64,000 bases of DNA from NCBI RefSeq assembly GCF_006345805.1, contig NC_042997.1, positions 151,218,001-151,282,000 of the forward strand. The letters are read 5' to 3'. The translations under genes and the position numbers were made by a program. Source of the DNA: Octopus sinensis. Taxonomy: Eukaryota. Positions 24,998-36,908 of the stretch are shown here, piece by piece (position 1 is the stretch's first letter; each line of letters begins with the position of its first letter). Below the pieces are notes generated by a model. The model searched no databases and had not been told where the DNA came from. It saw only the letters and a list, made by a program, of their open reading frames with translations.

Positions 24998-26224
24998 AAT
25001 TTAACATTTTATATTAAAATCAGTGTATACTTGCTTCTAATAGTCTCTCCTCATTTGTGTATTTAAGATCATATTTGAGAAAACAGTATCTATTTGTTAA
25101 GTCACTAAATGTAATAATCACCAACACACGGTATTTTCTGAGTTCAGAGTTAGCATCGATTACATGTAAACTTTAATTCAGGTTTTCATCTATATTAGCT
25201 TTATATGAAATGTTTGCTAACTCTTTAGCACATGTCCACATATTTGGAGATATGTTGTTATCGATTATATCATTTTTAATAATTCAGTGATGCGTATTTA
25301 ATCAATAGGTAGGATAAATGTGAAAATCAACCTGCCCAACAACATTATAAATTTGGAGGTGAAGATTCGAACAAAATGCCGCAAGAGGTATTATCCAACG
25401 CTTTAACTATCCGACCAATCATTTCAATATTTAGATATCCACTCATCAAAAAGGTTTAATACCTCGATGTACATCAAACTCTTTTCACTTTCCTTCAAAT
25501 AAGCCTCTGTATCTGTCCTTGTCACTCTCTGTCACTCTCTCTATCAACTAACTCTCCTTCTCTCTCTTTCTCTCTCTCTCTCTCTCACTCTTTTCCTCTC
25601 TCGCTCTTTCTCTCTCAGCCTTTCCTTGTCTTCTGGTAAACAAAAAATCCTCCGCAATTTGAATATTTCAGCCAAAGTATTTATTTCTTTTTTTTAATGT
25701 CGATTTTGAAATTAAAGAAATTCAATTAAAATGAAACCTGGAATTTTTTCTGTATTTTAGCAATAACATTTTTCAACGATTCATGGAACGGCTTTTCTAT
25801 TCTAACTCTTAGACACGGGGATAGGCATCAATGACAACGAGAATAGACAAGCTTAAAGCAAATTCCAGTATCGGTTCTTCCATTTTGATGTATATTCAGA
25901 ATTACATAATAGCGTGTGACGGAACTTTTTCAAATATATAAAGCGCTAATGTGCGACATCTCCTATGTTTCATTGCTGATCCTAGAATCTGGAGCAATAA
26001 TGCAGAGATTTTTTTTCGTTGTTTTATATGATATTGCATTGTATTTTGTCCACGTAGGTGTTCAGCATACTATCTACATATTTATTACAAGGAATTGAAA
26101 AATTTCGATTCAACCGAGACCATCCAATTAAATAGATGAAAAATTTTTTAAAAGACCAAATATGGGCATTCGTTTATTAATTACTTCGATAGTCTGAGGT
26201 TGTTGTTCACTTAATTATATATTA

Positions 26225-26640
26225 ACGGTTCCTCATGAAGATAACATGGATTCCACTCGGACTCCAAAGATCAACCGTTATAAAAACCTCATCAAGGAAT
26301 GCGAAAGAAAGCAGAGCAGACTAGAAAGCACAGCATTTTCCAAGCGAAGCCAGATGTAGAAAATTCTTTGGATACAGTGTGAAGCGACTGTTATTGCCGC
26401 TAGGCCTAATTCATCATAAGACAAATACCACTATGAATGCTATCCAAACTATAGTGGTGAAGGTAAACCCCTGGATTTTTTGTAAAAAGATACGCCGAGC
26501 AATGGCTAAAAGAATATTGAGTGAAACCTAATAACCAGTTGATTTAGCAAGCAGGGCTTATTTGAATGAGGTGAGGGCGTCGCAATGAAATCGTCGAAGC
26601 AAAGACCCCGAAACTGCGTGCATTCTCCCCTGATGACCCC
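26225..26640 (+). mobile_element. HERO/NeSL-like RLE retrotransposon 3' remnant
   Basis: HEDNMDSTRTPKINRYKNLIKECERK and HFPSEARCRKFFGYSVKRLLLPLGL...WIFCKK resemble PWEENIEEAHERK..RY..L..EC and FP.EVGCRGF...WIW.KR. Confidence 0.6.
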
Positions 26641-27184
26641 ATAAACTTGCTAGAATCCGGTATGCGTAGCTTTCAGCTGGTAGCATTTCCATCTGCAAGT
26701 TGTTTGCAAAAAAATCTATATGACTGCACTGTATGTATAAATAGTTTTTAGAACACTACGCTCTATAATTTAGCGACCGTCATATAGTTGGTATTCATAA
26801 GGAGAAGCAGTATAGACAGTCTCGAAGTTTTATATGAATTGACAAGTCTTAATCTTGCTGAGCTGAATATGCGTCACCGAAAGAAAAAAGGTGCTGAGTA
26901 TGAATTCTCATTATATTTATTTATTAGGAAACTTTCTTTATTATGTAAATTCCTCAACTTATCGCTAAGTACTTGTTTTTGTATGAAATACATTAAAGCT
27001 ATGTAGCTATAATATACACGCTATAATATACACGCTTAAAATATCAAAAATTTTGTATCAATGGGCTTAAAGTTAAAAAGTAATATACCAGTTACTGTAT
27101 ATAACAGTTCACGTAGTTAGACATCGATATAGGTATGGGAGGTAATGAGTGTAATAATATTTGTGTAGCTATCAAGAAGCTGAA

Positions 27185-27385
27185 CTAGCAAATCGTTAGC
27201 AGGCAAGACAAAATATTTTGCAGCATTTCGTCTGTCTTTATGTTGCTAGTTTTATTTCTGTCGAGGTTTACTTTACCTTTCATCCTTTCAGGGTCGATAA
27301 AATAAGTACTAGGTGTGTACTGGGATCGATGTAACCCACTTACCCCATCCCCTAAAAATTTCGGCCTGGCGCCGAAATTTGAAAT
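27185..27385 (-). mobile_element. tRNA-derived SINE (main family)
   Basis: Core written on the plus strand as gtcgaggtttactttacctttcatcctttcagggtcgataaaataagtact. Head and core are recognisable; orientation was judged by eye and may be plus. Confidence 0.7.
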
Positions 27386-27389
27386 CAAG

Positions 27390-27830
27390 TGTTGGTGTGT
27401 GGAAAGAAACTTGTTTCCCACCGACATGGTTCAAGATTCACTTCCACACCGTGGTACCTTGGGCAAGTGTCTAGTATTATAGCCTCGGGCCGATTAATGA
27501 TTGTGAGTGGATTTGGTAGACAGAAACTGAAAGAAGCTTGTCGTATACATACGTATACATGTATATATATGAGTGTGTTTGTGTGTGTGCGTGTGTGCGT
27601 GTATGTATATGTATATATCTTTTTGTCTATTTTTGCTCCCCCTATCGCCAATTAGCAACCGCTGTTGGTGTGTCTACGTCCGCGTAACCTAGCGGTTCAG
27701 CAAAAGAGACCGATAGAATAAGTATTAGGCTTGTGAAATAAGTAAAGTCGATTTGTCCGACTAAAATCCTTCAATGCGATGCTCCAGCATGGCCGAAGTC
27801 AAATGATTGAAACAAGTAAAAGAATAAAAT
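27390..27830 (+). mobile_element. Second SINE family with internal (TA)/(TG) microsatellite
   Basis: gtggtaccttgggcaagtgtct..atagcctcgggccga..gtgagtggatttggtagacagaaactgaaagaagc, then the microsatellite, then gaccgatagaataagta..gctccagcatggcc. Confidence 0.8.
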
Positions 27831-27859
27831 AAGTTGTGAAGTTATTATTTTGATCGAAA

Positions 27860-28400
27860 AAATTTAGAATAAAAAAGAGAAAAATTTTTAAAAATAGTCT
27901 ATGGTCGATGAGTTAGTGAAAGAAAGAGAAACAAAAAAGATTATATTGAGATTAGAAACCACATGAACAAGATAGCACACGAAATAGATGTATAATACAG
28001 AAAAATGAAATAAAGAAGAAATATTAAAAAGGTAAAATCGGGAAAGGCAATTGTGAAGGTCATGTTGAAGATTAAATAGAGAGGAGTAATAAAGGAAATA
28101 ATATTTTTAGTGGAAGAAAAGACAATAAAAAGAATAAGGTTTGAAACTAAAGAAGGAAGGAAAGAAATACAAGAGGCAAAGGAATTACAGAAGTAAAAGG
28201 GAAAAAATAAAAGAAATTAGAAATAGGAAGGAATAGAAGAAAGGAAAGCGGAGTGAAGGAAGAACAGAAAAGAAGAAAGGGAAGTGTTTACACAACATGT
28301 CAAAAAGGAATTGACAGAAGCAAAAGTTGTAGCAGAGCAAACAGAGATTAACGTTATAAAGATATTAGAAGAAAGACATGAATGGCGAAAATAATAACAT
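27860..28400 (+). mobile_element. A-rich LINE (RTE-like) 3' remnant
   Basis: GKRSEGR.... and VKKELTEAKV...ILEERHEWRKIIT* resemble RTE C-termini (GKRPRGRP..W...DR..WR). Strongly purine-biased. Confidence 0.35.
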
Positions 28401-29884
28401 AATTTTAGAAATTAGTTAAAGTGGGAAAACATCCTTTTTTCATGAGAATGTCTTATACAGAGTGGTTAGGACAGCGCTTATAATCTTTTCAAACTGTCTG
28501 TGTTTAGTGGAAGTAGATACGAAGTTATTCTCATACTAAAGACGTTTCTTTAAAGCTTAAATATTGCGGTCCTCACTTAGAACAACACCAGGCCAGATAG
28601 CGGCATTAAACTCAGCGGTAGATTGAATGCTAGATACAAGGAGAGAAGCGCTCTATAGAAGGGCTCAAATAACAAGCTTCCATCTTTCATGTAGTTTTGA
28701 TGAATGAAATTTTTTTTAGCGGACAGGTTTTGTTGAGTATGCCGCGCAGCGAAGTTGCGAAGAGAAGATCGTACAGAAGAGCATGAGCTCTGCAGCCAAA
28801 TGAAAATAGATAAGGAAGTAAAAGATAATAAAGAAAATCCATAATTTATGGATATTTGTCGTTGCAAGTCAGTCAGATAGCAACATTGATAGAGGAGATC
28901 AAAAAGCTAAGGGTTACAGCTATGATCATCATGTATTGTGCTATATCTATGAATGTAGTTGAATATATATCCTTGCTTTCTTTCAAGGTGTGATGGCAGC
29001 AAGATTTGACAAATATTTCTCGTATCGCGAGAATATTTTGAGGCACTCTCCTTGTTTCTGTTATTACTGCAGTTGTTATTGTTCACCCTCAGAATAACCT
29101 TCACCGAGAAGCTCTCTTATGAATGACGAGAGATGGTGGGCTAAAATCCACCATTTCCATCAAAATTTTACTGCTATTTCTAGCAAACCAGTGACATCTC
29201 TTTTGCCTCAATTGATTCTTTGGTTGTAGCATAACATGAAGGATGGACAAAATAAGATCATGCGGAGATGAATATATGGATGCTGAAATGAAAATGACTA
29301 AATTAAAGTTTAAACGAATTTCAATTTAATAAATGAAGAGATTGTTTCACAGCTTAATTGATTGATTGAAAGTCTGATTGCAGAAGCGGATGCATTGATA
29401 GTTGTATAGTTGGGTGTCTGGTAGAACATTTGGATGTGTAAACCAATATATTAATGAATAGCAAATGTCAAGTTACTGGAATACTGAGGAAATTGAGTGT
29501 ACTTTATCAAACAATCTACACCCAATTTTAGAATAACCTTTGCTGATTCAATCCGGACTGTTTCCATCCAAAATCAGAAATTCGATTAAAATCAAAATAC
29601 AGGATTGTAAATTCAAAGAAACCCACTGAACAACTCCTTTAAGTTGTGTTACCACTAAGTTGTGGTTTGCTTTCTATCTTTGAGTAAACTCTGACTAAAT
29701 AAAGTTATAGTGCTCCACCTATGACAATTACAATATTCATTTGGATGTTGTACATCGAGAACTACATTATCAAATTTGTCAGTTACTTTTTCAGTTGTAA
29801 TTTAAGTGTGATCTGGTTGCTAATCCGTCAACTCCTCATAGACAATCCATTGTCTCATCTACTTGCGATATACAGCTCGGATCT

Positions 29885-30070
29885 CGAGGCGGTGACTCGG
29901 TAGGATCGTTAACACGCTGGGCAAGATATTTAGCGGCACTTCGTCCGTCTTTACCTTCTGAGTTCAAATTCGGCCGACATTGGCTTTCCTTTCATCCTTT
30001 CATCATGCAGTTGTTGTAATCAACTTATTCCCTTCCTCCAAAATACTGGCCTTGTGCGAAAATTTGACAC
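29885..30070 (+). mobile_element. tRNA-derived SINE (main family)
   Basis: ggcggtgactcgg head; ttcgtccgtctttaccttctgagttcaaattcggccgac. Confidence 0.8.
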
Positions 30071-30719
30071 TAATATACAGTTCAGACATTGATAATGCTG
30101 CAATCAGTGTTAGAAAACGAATGGCTATAACAAAGAAACACATGCATGTCTTTTCACTAAAACCAATTAAAATTTTGTAATTTCTGTCGAAAATCTTTGT
30201 CCCTACATAAAACTTTTAGTAATATTTCATTTTTTAACTTTGTGTCTTTACAACCACTTCAGTTAATCCCGCACACTTCAACTAATATTCCACACTGTGT
30301 TTCAGGGGGTAGAAATACAGTTGGGAGACAGTCAATCCATTCTTAATCGTCAAAAATTCCTTTCTGCTTCTCTCATTCGTTCACTTTTACAACTACTAAT
30401 CTTCAGACGCTCAAAGTGATTATTAAGTTACTCAATTGGACCTTTCCTATAGCCTAACATATTTCGAAATGTCTGACCTTTTTTTTTTCTCTCTTCAATA
30501 GACAATTTACCGTCAATTTTCCCCAATTATTTACTTTTCGAGATGCTGGTGTATTGTTAGATTTATAATCTAAATCTATTTCTGATTTGCAGAAAAAGAA
30601 AATAACTGAGATTTAACTACACTTCTTGTTACATTGCAGTGAATAGATACAGCTCTTAGCGAAAAATATATCTTTCAGTAGAAAAATAATATAAAGCCTG
30701 CGTATAAAGACAGAGAATT

Positions 30720-30860
30720 TTGGGATTGATAGAGCCACAGGAAACTTGTTAAATTGGTGGCTGGCGATGTATAAGCATCGAAGAATATATTTGATAAGAC
30801 TGAAGAAAGCATGGACGATAATTTGGCAACTAATTCAAAACGGGGGCAAGAATGGCTTAC
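30720..30860 (+). mobile_element. CR1/L2-type LINE 3' remnant
   Basis: gttaaattggtggctggcgatgta...gcatcgaagaatatatttgataagactgaagaaagcatgg resembles WN.LP..VV.A.S...FK.RL.K.W. Confidence 0.35.
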
Positions 30861-31489
30861 ATGATAGGGAAATATTTGATAGTGTGAAATTTGATACTGA
30901 TAAATTATTGGAATGTAATTTGATTGGAGATATATATTGATACGTAAATAACGAAATAAATGGCTAGGCTACCTGACTAAATAACGTTATAGATAAATAT
31001 TTGACGGTGCGTATGCAAAAATATATTCATCTTACGGAGACATCCAAGGATATGCAGACTAGTTGAGAGATTTGGTGACTGGATATAAGGATCGAAGGAC
31101 AAAGGATACAATTAGTACATATATGGAGGAATTACAGTAGATCAGTCCACTTCAGCAAATTTACTTTCTTTAAGAAAAGAGCAGTGTATAATTTCGATGA
31201 AAATTGAGCATAATATCCATCAGATATACCAAACTCTTCAGGCATCACTCGTTGGTTTATCTTTTCTACATGACGATCCCGAAAACCTACATGTGCTTGG
31301 CCGCAAGATTGAACTGTAAATTGTTTACAGAAAATATATGGCATACATGCATGCATATATACATACAATCATACATACATACATATATGTATATATATAT
31401 GCAGTTATTTTATCGACCGCGACAGGATGAAAGGTTCGATATCTGAACTGTTTGATGCGACTCTACTCTATACTCTTTTCTCCCCTATA

Positions 31490-31534
<45 letters not shown>

Positions 31535-32004
31535 TACTCTTTTTCCTTTAGTACCTCTCGTTACTCACACGTGCCCATTGTCCAACTTTCTTTATCTCAT
31601 ATGATCATCTTTCTTTTCTTTCAGGGTTGTCCTAAAGACTGGACGTTTCCTATCTTTCTCTTCTAGCTTTTTTTTGTCAAAGAAAATAATTTCAACGTTC
31701 TCTATTTTACCCTCGTTCTGGTCTAATGACCCTCCATGTTTGTTTTTGTTCGTATTCCTTGTATTTCTCCACTGTCTTGTTTTTGTTCCCAACTTTAACC
31801 CTCCATAAATCCCAAATATTATTTTGGTACCTATAGGAGCAACTGCCTTCGAAGACTCATATTGTCTTTCGATACTCACATTGTCGTTCTTTATATTACT
31901 TGTCCTGTATTCCATTTGTTTGTCTCGTTGTTTGCGTGTTGAACTCATTTGATTTCATTTTTAATGTTGTTTAATGTTGGTGACGTCCTGTAACCATATA
32001 TTTA

Positions 32005-32195
32005 TAGCACGCCGGGCGAAATGCGTAGCCGTATTTAGTCTGCCGTTACGTTCTGAGTTCAACTTCCGCCGAGGTCGACTTTGCTTTTCATCCTTTCAGG
32101 ATCGATAACTTTAGTACCACTTGCGTACTGGGGATGGATCTAAGCGACTGGCCTCCTCCCCCAGAATTTCGGGCCCTGTTCCTAGAGTAGAAAAA
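32005..32195 (+). mobile_element. tRNA-derived SINE (main family)
   Basis: agcacgccgggcgaaatgcgtagccgtattt..gttctgagttcaacttccgccgaggtcgactttgc..gggccctgttcctagagtagaaaa tail. Confidence 0.92.
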
Positions 32196-32221
32196 ATATA
32201 TGTATGTATGTAAGCACGTCT

Positions 32222-32960
32222 GTATAAGGTCATACCGTGAATAATGTCCGAAACATCATGTATTCAACTTCTATCAAATTTTATAGTACTCTGAAATGTT
32301 AAACATTATTACTTGAATTTGGAAACCTTTAACTTAATACAATTTCATTTTACAGAATAATTTGAATTAATTACTAATATTAACCCCTCAAAGATAGAAG
32401 TATCGAAAGAGCATTTAAGCCACACAATGTTTTAAGAGTTCATAAGAAAAACAGTGCAGCAGAAGCAACAGAAAATATCCATTCTGTTAACAGGGAAGAG
32501 AGCTTGAATGAAGAAGATGGTTTACAAAGTCCAAATATATTGATTTCTGACGAAGAGAGAGGCAACGAATAGGACGTCCTTTGAAATTTGATGATGAGCT
32601 TCTGCTGTCTGCGAGTGAGTAGGATAATGATGTGTAAGTTGAAGAATTTGCAAGGAAGCTCAATTTAAGTCATTCGACTTTTCCTCTTCAACAAATAGGA
32701 ACGGTTCACCATGATTTGGAAGAAGCCAATCAGAAATCATGAGTGGACATCTGTCGCCACTTTTGGAGATATTAGTGACTGGTGATGAAAAATAAATGTT
32801 TATGAAAATGTTAAGCAGTGCGAGCAATGACGCAGCTGTGGAGGAGAGGCTAAAGAATAACCCAAAATAGAACTCTATGCAAAACGGTGTTTATGTCCAC
32901 GTAAGCTAGTAGTTCAGTAAAAGATATCGATAAAATATATACCAGACTTAAGAAAAGATG
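32222..32960 (+). mobile_element. mariner (DD34D)-type transposon remnant
   Basis: EVSKEHL.H..F, KNSAAEATENI, RRWF....., GRPLKFDDELL and LVTGDEK motifs in order. Confidence 0.8.
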
Positions 32961-33004
32961 CACAGGTGTTAATTCATTTTATATATATATATATACATAT
33001 ATAT

Positions 33005-33114
33005 ATGTAAACCCTCCTCCTTCTTCCCTTCTTTCCTGAGCGTCCAATAATACTTTATTTGTTCCACGTCCTCGCGTTGTTCTGTTTTGTTTTTGTTTTC
33101 TTGTTTGGATTAAC

Positions 33115-33115
<1 letters not shown>
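33005..33115 (+). mobile_element. Penelope-like terminal-repeat fragment
   Basis: ttcctgagcgtccaataatactttatttgttccacgtcctcgcgttg resembles the reverse complement of 38630-38700 (ttcctgagcgccatattaatacattatttgtttg). Confidence 0.5.
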
Positions 33116-33139
<24 letters not shown>

Positions 33140-33145
<6 letters not shown>

Positions 33146-35612
33146 AAAGGGCTTAGTAAAATAAATTACTTTGCCGCATACTGAACTCATTAGAAATAGC
33201 AGCTAAAAAACTTTTTTAAGGCTATTTCTAATACTTAAAGAAAATCTCTCTCATATATAGTGTTGCTTAATTCAACTCACAAAAGTTTGGGGGTAAGGAC
33301 ATCGAAAAATCAAATGCTAAGGTTATTCGAGAACGTACGTTTCAAGATTAGTCAAAACAACATTTCTATCATCGGCTCAGAAATTCCTTGGTTTGGATTT
33401 GGAAACACTGAAAATAAGAACATACCCTTTCGAAGATCTGCTCCCAACTAACAGTGCAACAAATTCAAAATAAGCAAGCGAAGAATCTCTGCTCTCCCCT
33501 TTCCACCAGCGTGGGTTAAAATCATCAAACACTATGCTTATTTCGGTAAAATCCGAAGCATTAATCAGAGGGAGATTAATTATAATTTCAACAATTGAGG
33601 GCAAAATTAATTAATTATTAATCAATTTCACCAAGTGTTCAGTATGCAAAGGGACCATTCAAGGCGAATTCAAATTATTACATTATATAAAAGGGCTTAG
33701 TAAAATAAATTACTTTGCCGCATACTGAACTCATTAGAAATAGCAGCTAAAAAACTTTTTTAAGGCTATTTCTAATACTTAAAGAAAATCTCTCTCATAT
33801 ATAGTGCTTGCTTAATTCAACTCACAAAAGTTTGGGGGTAAGGACATCGAAAAATCAAATGCTAAGGTTATTCGAGAACGTACGTTTCAAGATTAGTCAA
33901 AACAACATTTCTATCATCGGCTCAGAAATTCCTTGGTTGGATTTGGAAACACTGAAAATAAGAACATACCTTTCGAAGATCTGCTCCCAACTAACAGTGC
34001 CAACAAATTCAAAATAAGCAAGCGAAGAATCTCTGCTCTCCCCTTTCCACCAGCGTGGGTTAAAATCATCAAACACTATGCTTATTTCGGTAAAATCCGA
34101 AGCATTAATCAGAGGGAGATTAATTATAATTTCAACAATTGAGGGCAAAATTAATTAATTATTAATCAATTTCACCAAGTGTTCAGTATGCAAAGGGACC
34201 ATTCAAGGCGAATTCAAATTATTACATTATATAAAAGGGCTTAGTAAAATAAATTACTTTGCCGCATACTGAACTCATTAGAAATAGCAGCTAAAAAACT
34301 TTTTTAAGGCTTTTGCTAATACTTAAAGAAAATCTCTCTCATATATAGTGTTGCTTAATTCAACTCACAAAAGTTGGGGGTAAGGACATCGAAAAATCAA
34401 ATGCTAAGGTTATTCGAGAACGTACGTTTCAAGATTAGTCAAAAAACAACATTTCTATCATCGGCTCAGAAATTCCTTGGTTTGGATTTGGAACACTGAA
34501 AATAAGAACATACCTTTCGAAGATCTGCTCCCAACTAACAGTGCCAACAAATTCAAAATAAGCAAGCGAAGAATCTCTGCTCTCCCCTTTCCACCAGCGT
34601 GGGTTAAAATCATCAAACACTATGCTTATTTCGGTAAAATCCGAAGCATTAATCAGAGGGAGATTAATTATAATTTCAACAATTGAGGGCAAAATTAATT
34701 AATTATAATCAATTTCACCAAGTGTTCAGTATGCAAAGGGACCATTCAAGGCGAATTCAAATTATTACATTATATAAAAGGGCTTAGTAAAATAAATTAC
34801 TTTGCCGCATACTGAACTCATTAGAAATAGCAGCTAAAAAACTTTTTTAGGCTATTTCTAATACTTAAAGAAAATCTCTCTCATATATAGTGTTTGCTTA
34901 ATTCAACTCACAAAATTTTGGGGGTAAGGACATCGAAAAATCAAATGCTAAGGTTATTCGAGAACGTACGTTTCAAGATTAGTCAAAACAACATTTCTAT
35001 CATCGGCTCAGAAATTCCTTGGTTTGGATTGGAAACACTGAAAATAAGAACATACCCTTTCGAAGATCTGCTCCCAACTAACAGTGCCAACAAATTCAAA
35101 ATAAGCAAGCGAAGAATCACTGCTCTCCCCTTTCCACCAGCGTGGGTTAAAATCATCAAACACTATGCTTATTTCGGTAAAATCCGAAGCATTAATCAGA
35201 GGGAGATTAATTATAATTTCAACAATTGAGGGCAAAATTAATTAATTATTAATCAATTTCACCAAGTGTTCAGTATGCAAAGGGACCATTCAAGGCGAAT
35301 TCAAATTATTACATTATATAAAAGGGCTTAGTAAAATAAATTACTTTGCCGCATACTGAACTCATTAGAAATAGCAGCTAAAAAACTTTTTTAAGGCTAT
35401 TTCTAATACTTAAAGAAAATCTCTCTCATATATAGTGTTTGCTTAATTCAACTCACAAAAGTTTGGGGGTAAGGACATCGAAAAATCAAATGCTAAGGTT
35501 ATTCGAGAACGTACGTTTCAAGATTAGTCAAAACAACATTTCTATCATCGGCTCAGAAATTCCTTGGTTTGGATTTGGAAACACTGAAAATAAGAACATA
35601 CCCTTTCGAAGA

Positions 35613-35616
<4 letters not shown>
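33140..35616. repeat. Head-to-tail tandem array of a 544-bp unit (4.55 copies) with subterminal inverted repeats
   Basis: Unit starts tatataaaagggc at 33140, 33684, 34228, 34771 and 35315, truncated at gaagatctg (35616). (TA)n at both ends. Confidence 0.98.
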
Positions 35617-35656
<40 letters not shown>

Positions 35657-35679
35657 AATGATGTGCCTTGAATGGCAAA

Positions 35680-36600
35680 TAATGCATTATAATAACAACT
35701 TTGGATTATAATAACTGTTATAATTTAATCATCCATAGACTGATATAATATTTCTGAATATACAAATTCCTTCTTCAGCTATGTCTAGGAATTGATCGCG
35801 TCACTAACCGCGAGAAAAACGTTGATAAATTTTAAAGATTATAATTGGATTAGAAGTGACTCGACGAAGTACTTTGATATGACCATGGATTCGTCAGATT
35901 CGGCACAAGTAGCAGCCTTTGAGGGTCTCTATGTACTGTCTGAAATTAGGAAAAGTTACCCAAATCGGTATAGAATACAAGTAAATTCCTTTAATAAGTT
36001 AAAACATAGAAACTCTACGGCGTTAGCAAGCTATATACGCAATTTAAAATTACAAAACATCAATTATACATTGTCTTGGATGAGGCCGCACCATATAATA
36101 CTATTACCGGTAGATATCGACTGTGTATAAAAGAATCGTACATAATCCTTCTCATTTTTAATTCCACTGTTTTAAATCATTTTTTTTTTAAGCCATTCAT
36201 TCGTGTAACCATAGATACTATTCAACTTTTAAGAGTAAATTTAAATTCGAATCAGCGTAGTTATGTTTTCTATAGCACAACAATATATTACCACTTGGTT
36301 ATAATAAAAAAAACAATTTAAAAAAAAATAAACTCCCACCACATCTCTTGATAATTTTCATAACTCGTATGTCTCTTATATAAAACATAAATTAAAACTT
36401 GTTAAACTATTTAATACATTTCTAGCGCAAGCACTATTATTTTCTTTTCCCCTGATGATGGGGGCATTCCTTGGAAGTGAATCGTATGATTCGCATGTAC
36501 TCTCAATGAATTCTAGAAACGATCGTCAGAATACTTCATTTCCTCTTTAAACATTTCTTACAACCTCCAATCCATAATTTATTTTGAATTTTTAAACGAA
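35680..36600 (+). mobile_element. Penelope-like element (Naiad/Chlamys-type RT plus C-terminal GIY-YIG), internally deleted, with hammerhead motif
   Basis: FDMTMDSSDSAQVAAFEGLYVLSEI resembles [43 protein letters not shown] and APYNTITGRYRLCIKE resemble the GIY-YIG C-half. Confidence 0.8.
36441..36535 (+). ncRNA. Type I hammerhead ribozyme motif (core intact, stem I imperfect)
   Basis: CTGATGA (36452-36458), a long stem II containing the hairpin gtgaatc-gtat-gattcgc, then GAAAC-GATC-GTC (36516-36527). Confidence 0.6.
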
Positions 36601-36827
36601 ATGTCTTTCTATATTTCATTATTCTTATCTATATTTTTATCTATACTGTATATATTTATGTATTTATTTGTCCTTGCATATTTTTAACATTCATATATTT
36701 TTATATTTCTATATCTTTATATTCTGAAGGTATTCGTATGTGTTTTAGACAATTCTATCATGTTAAATCCGCATATGTATACACTAATCATAGTCTGCCT
36801 AAGTTGAACTTCTCTGTATCTCTTGTA

Positions 36828-36908
<81 letters not shown>

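Noticed and set aside
33260-35711. Repeated 63-111 aa ORFs in the 544-bp array
   Set aside because: Frames change between units at homopolymer indels, start codons are mostly non-ATG and there is no recognisable domain.
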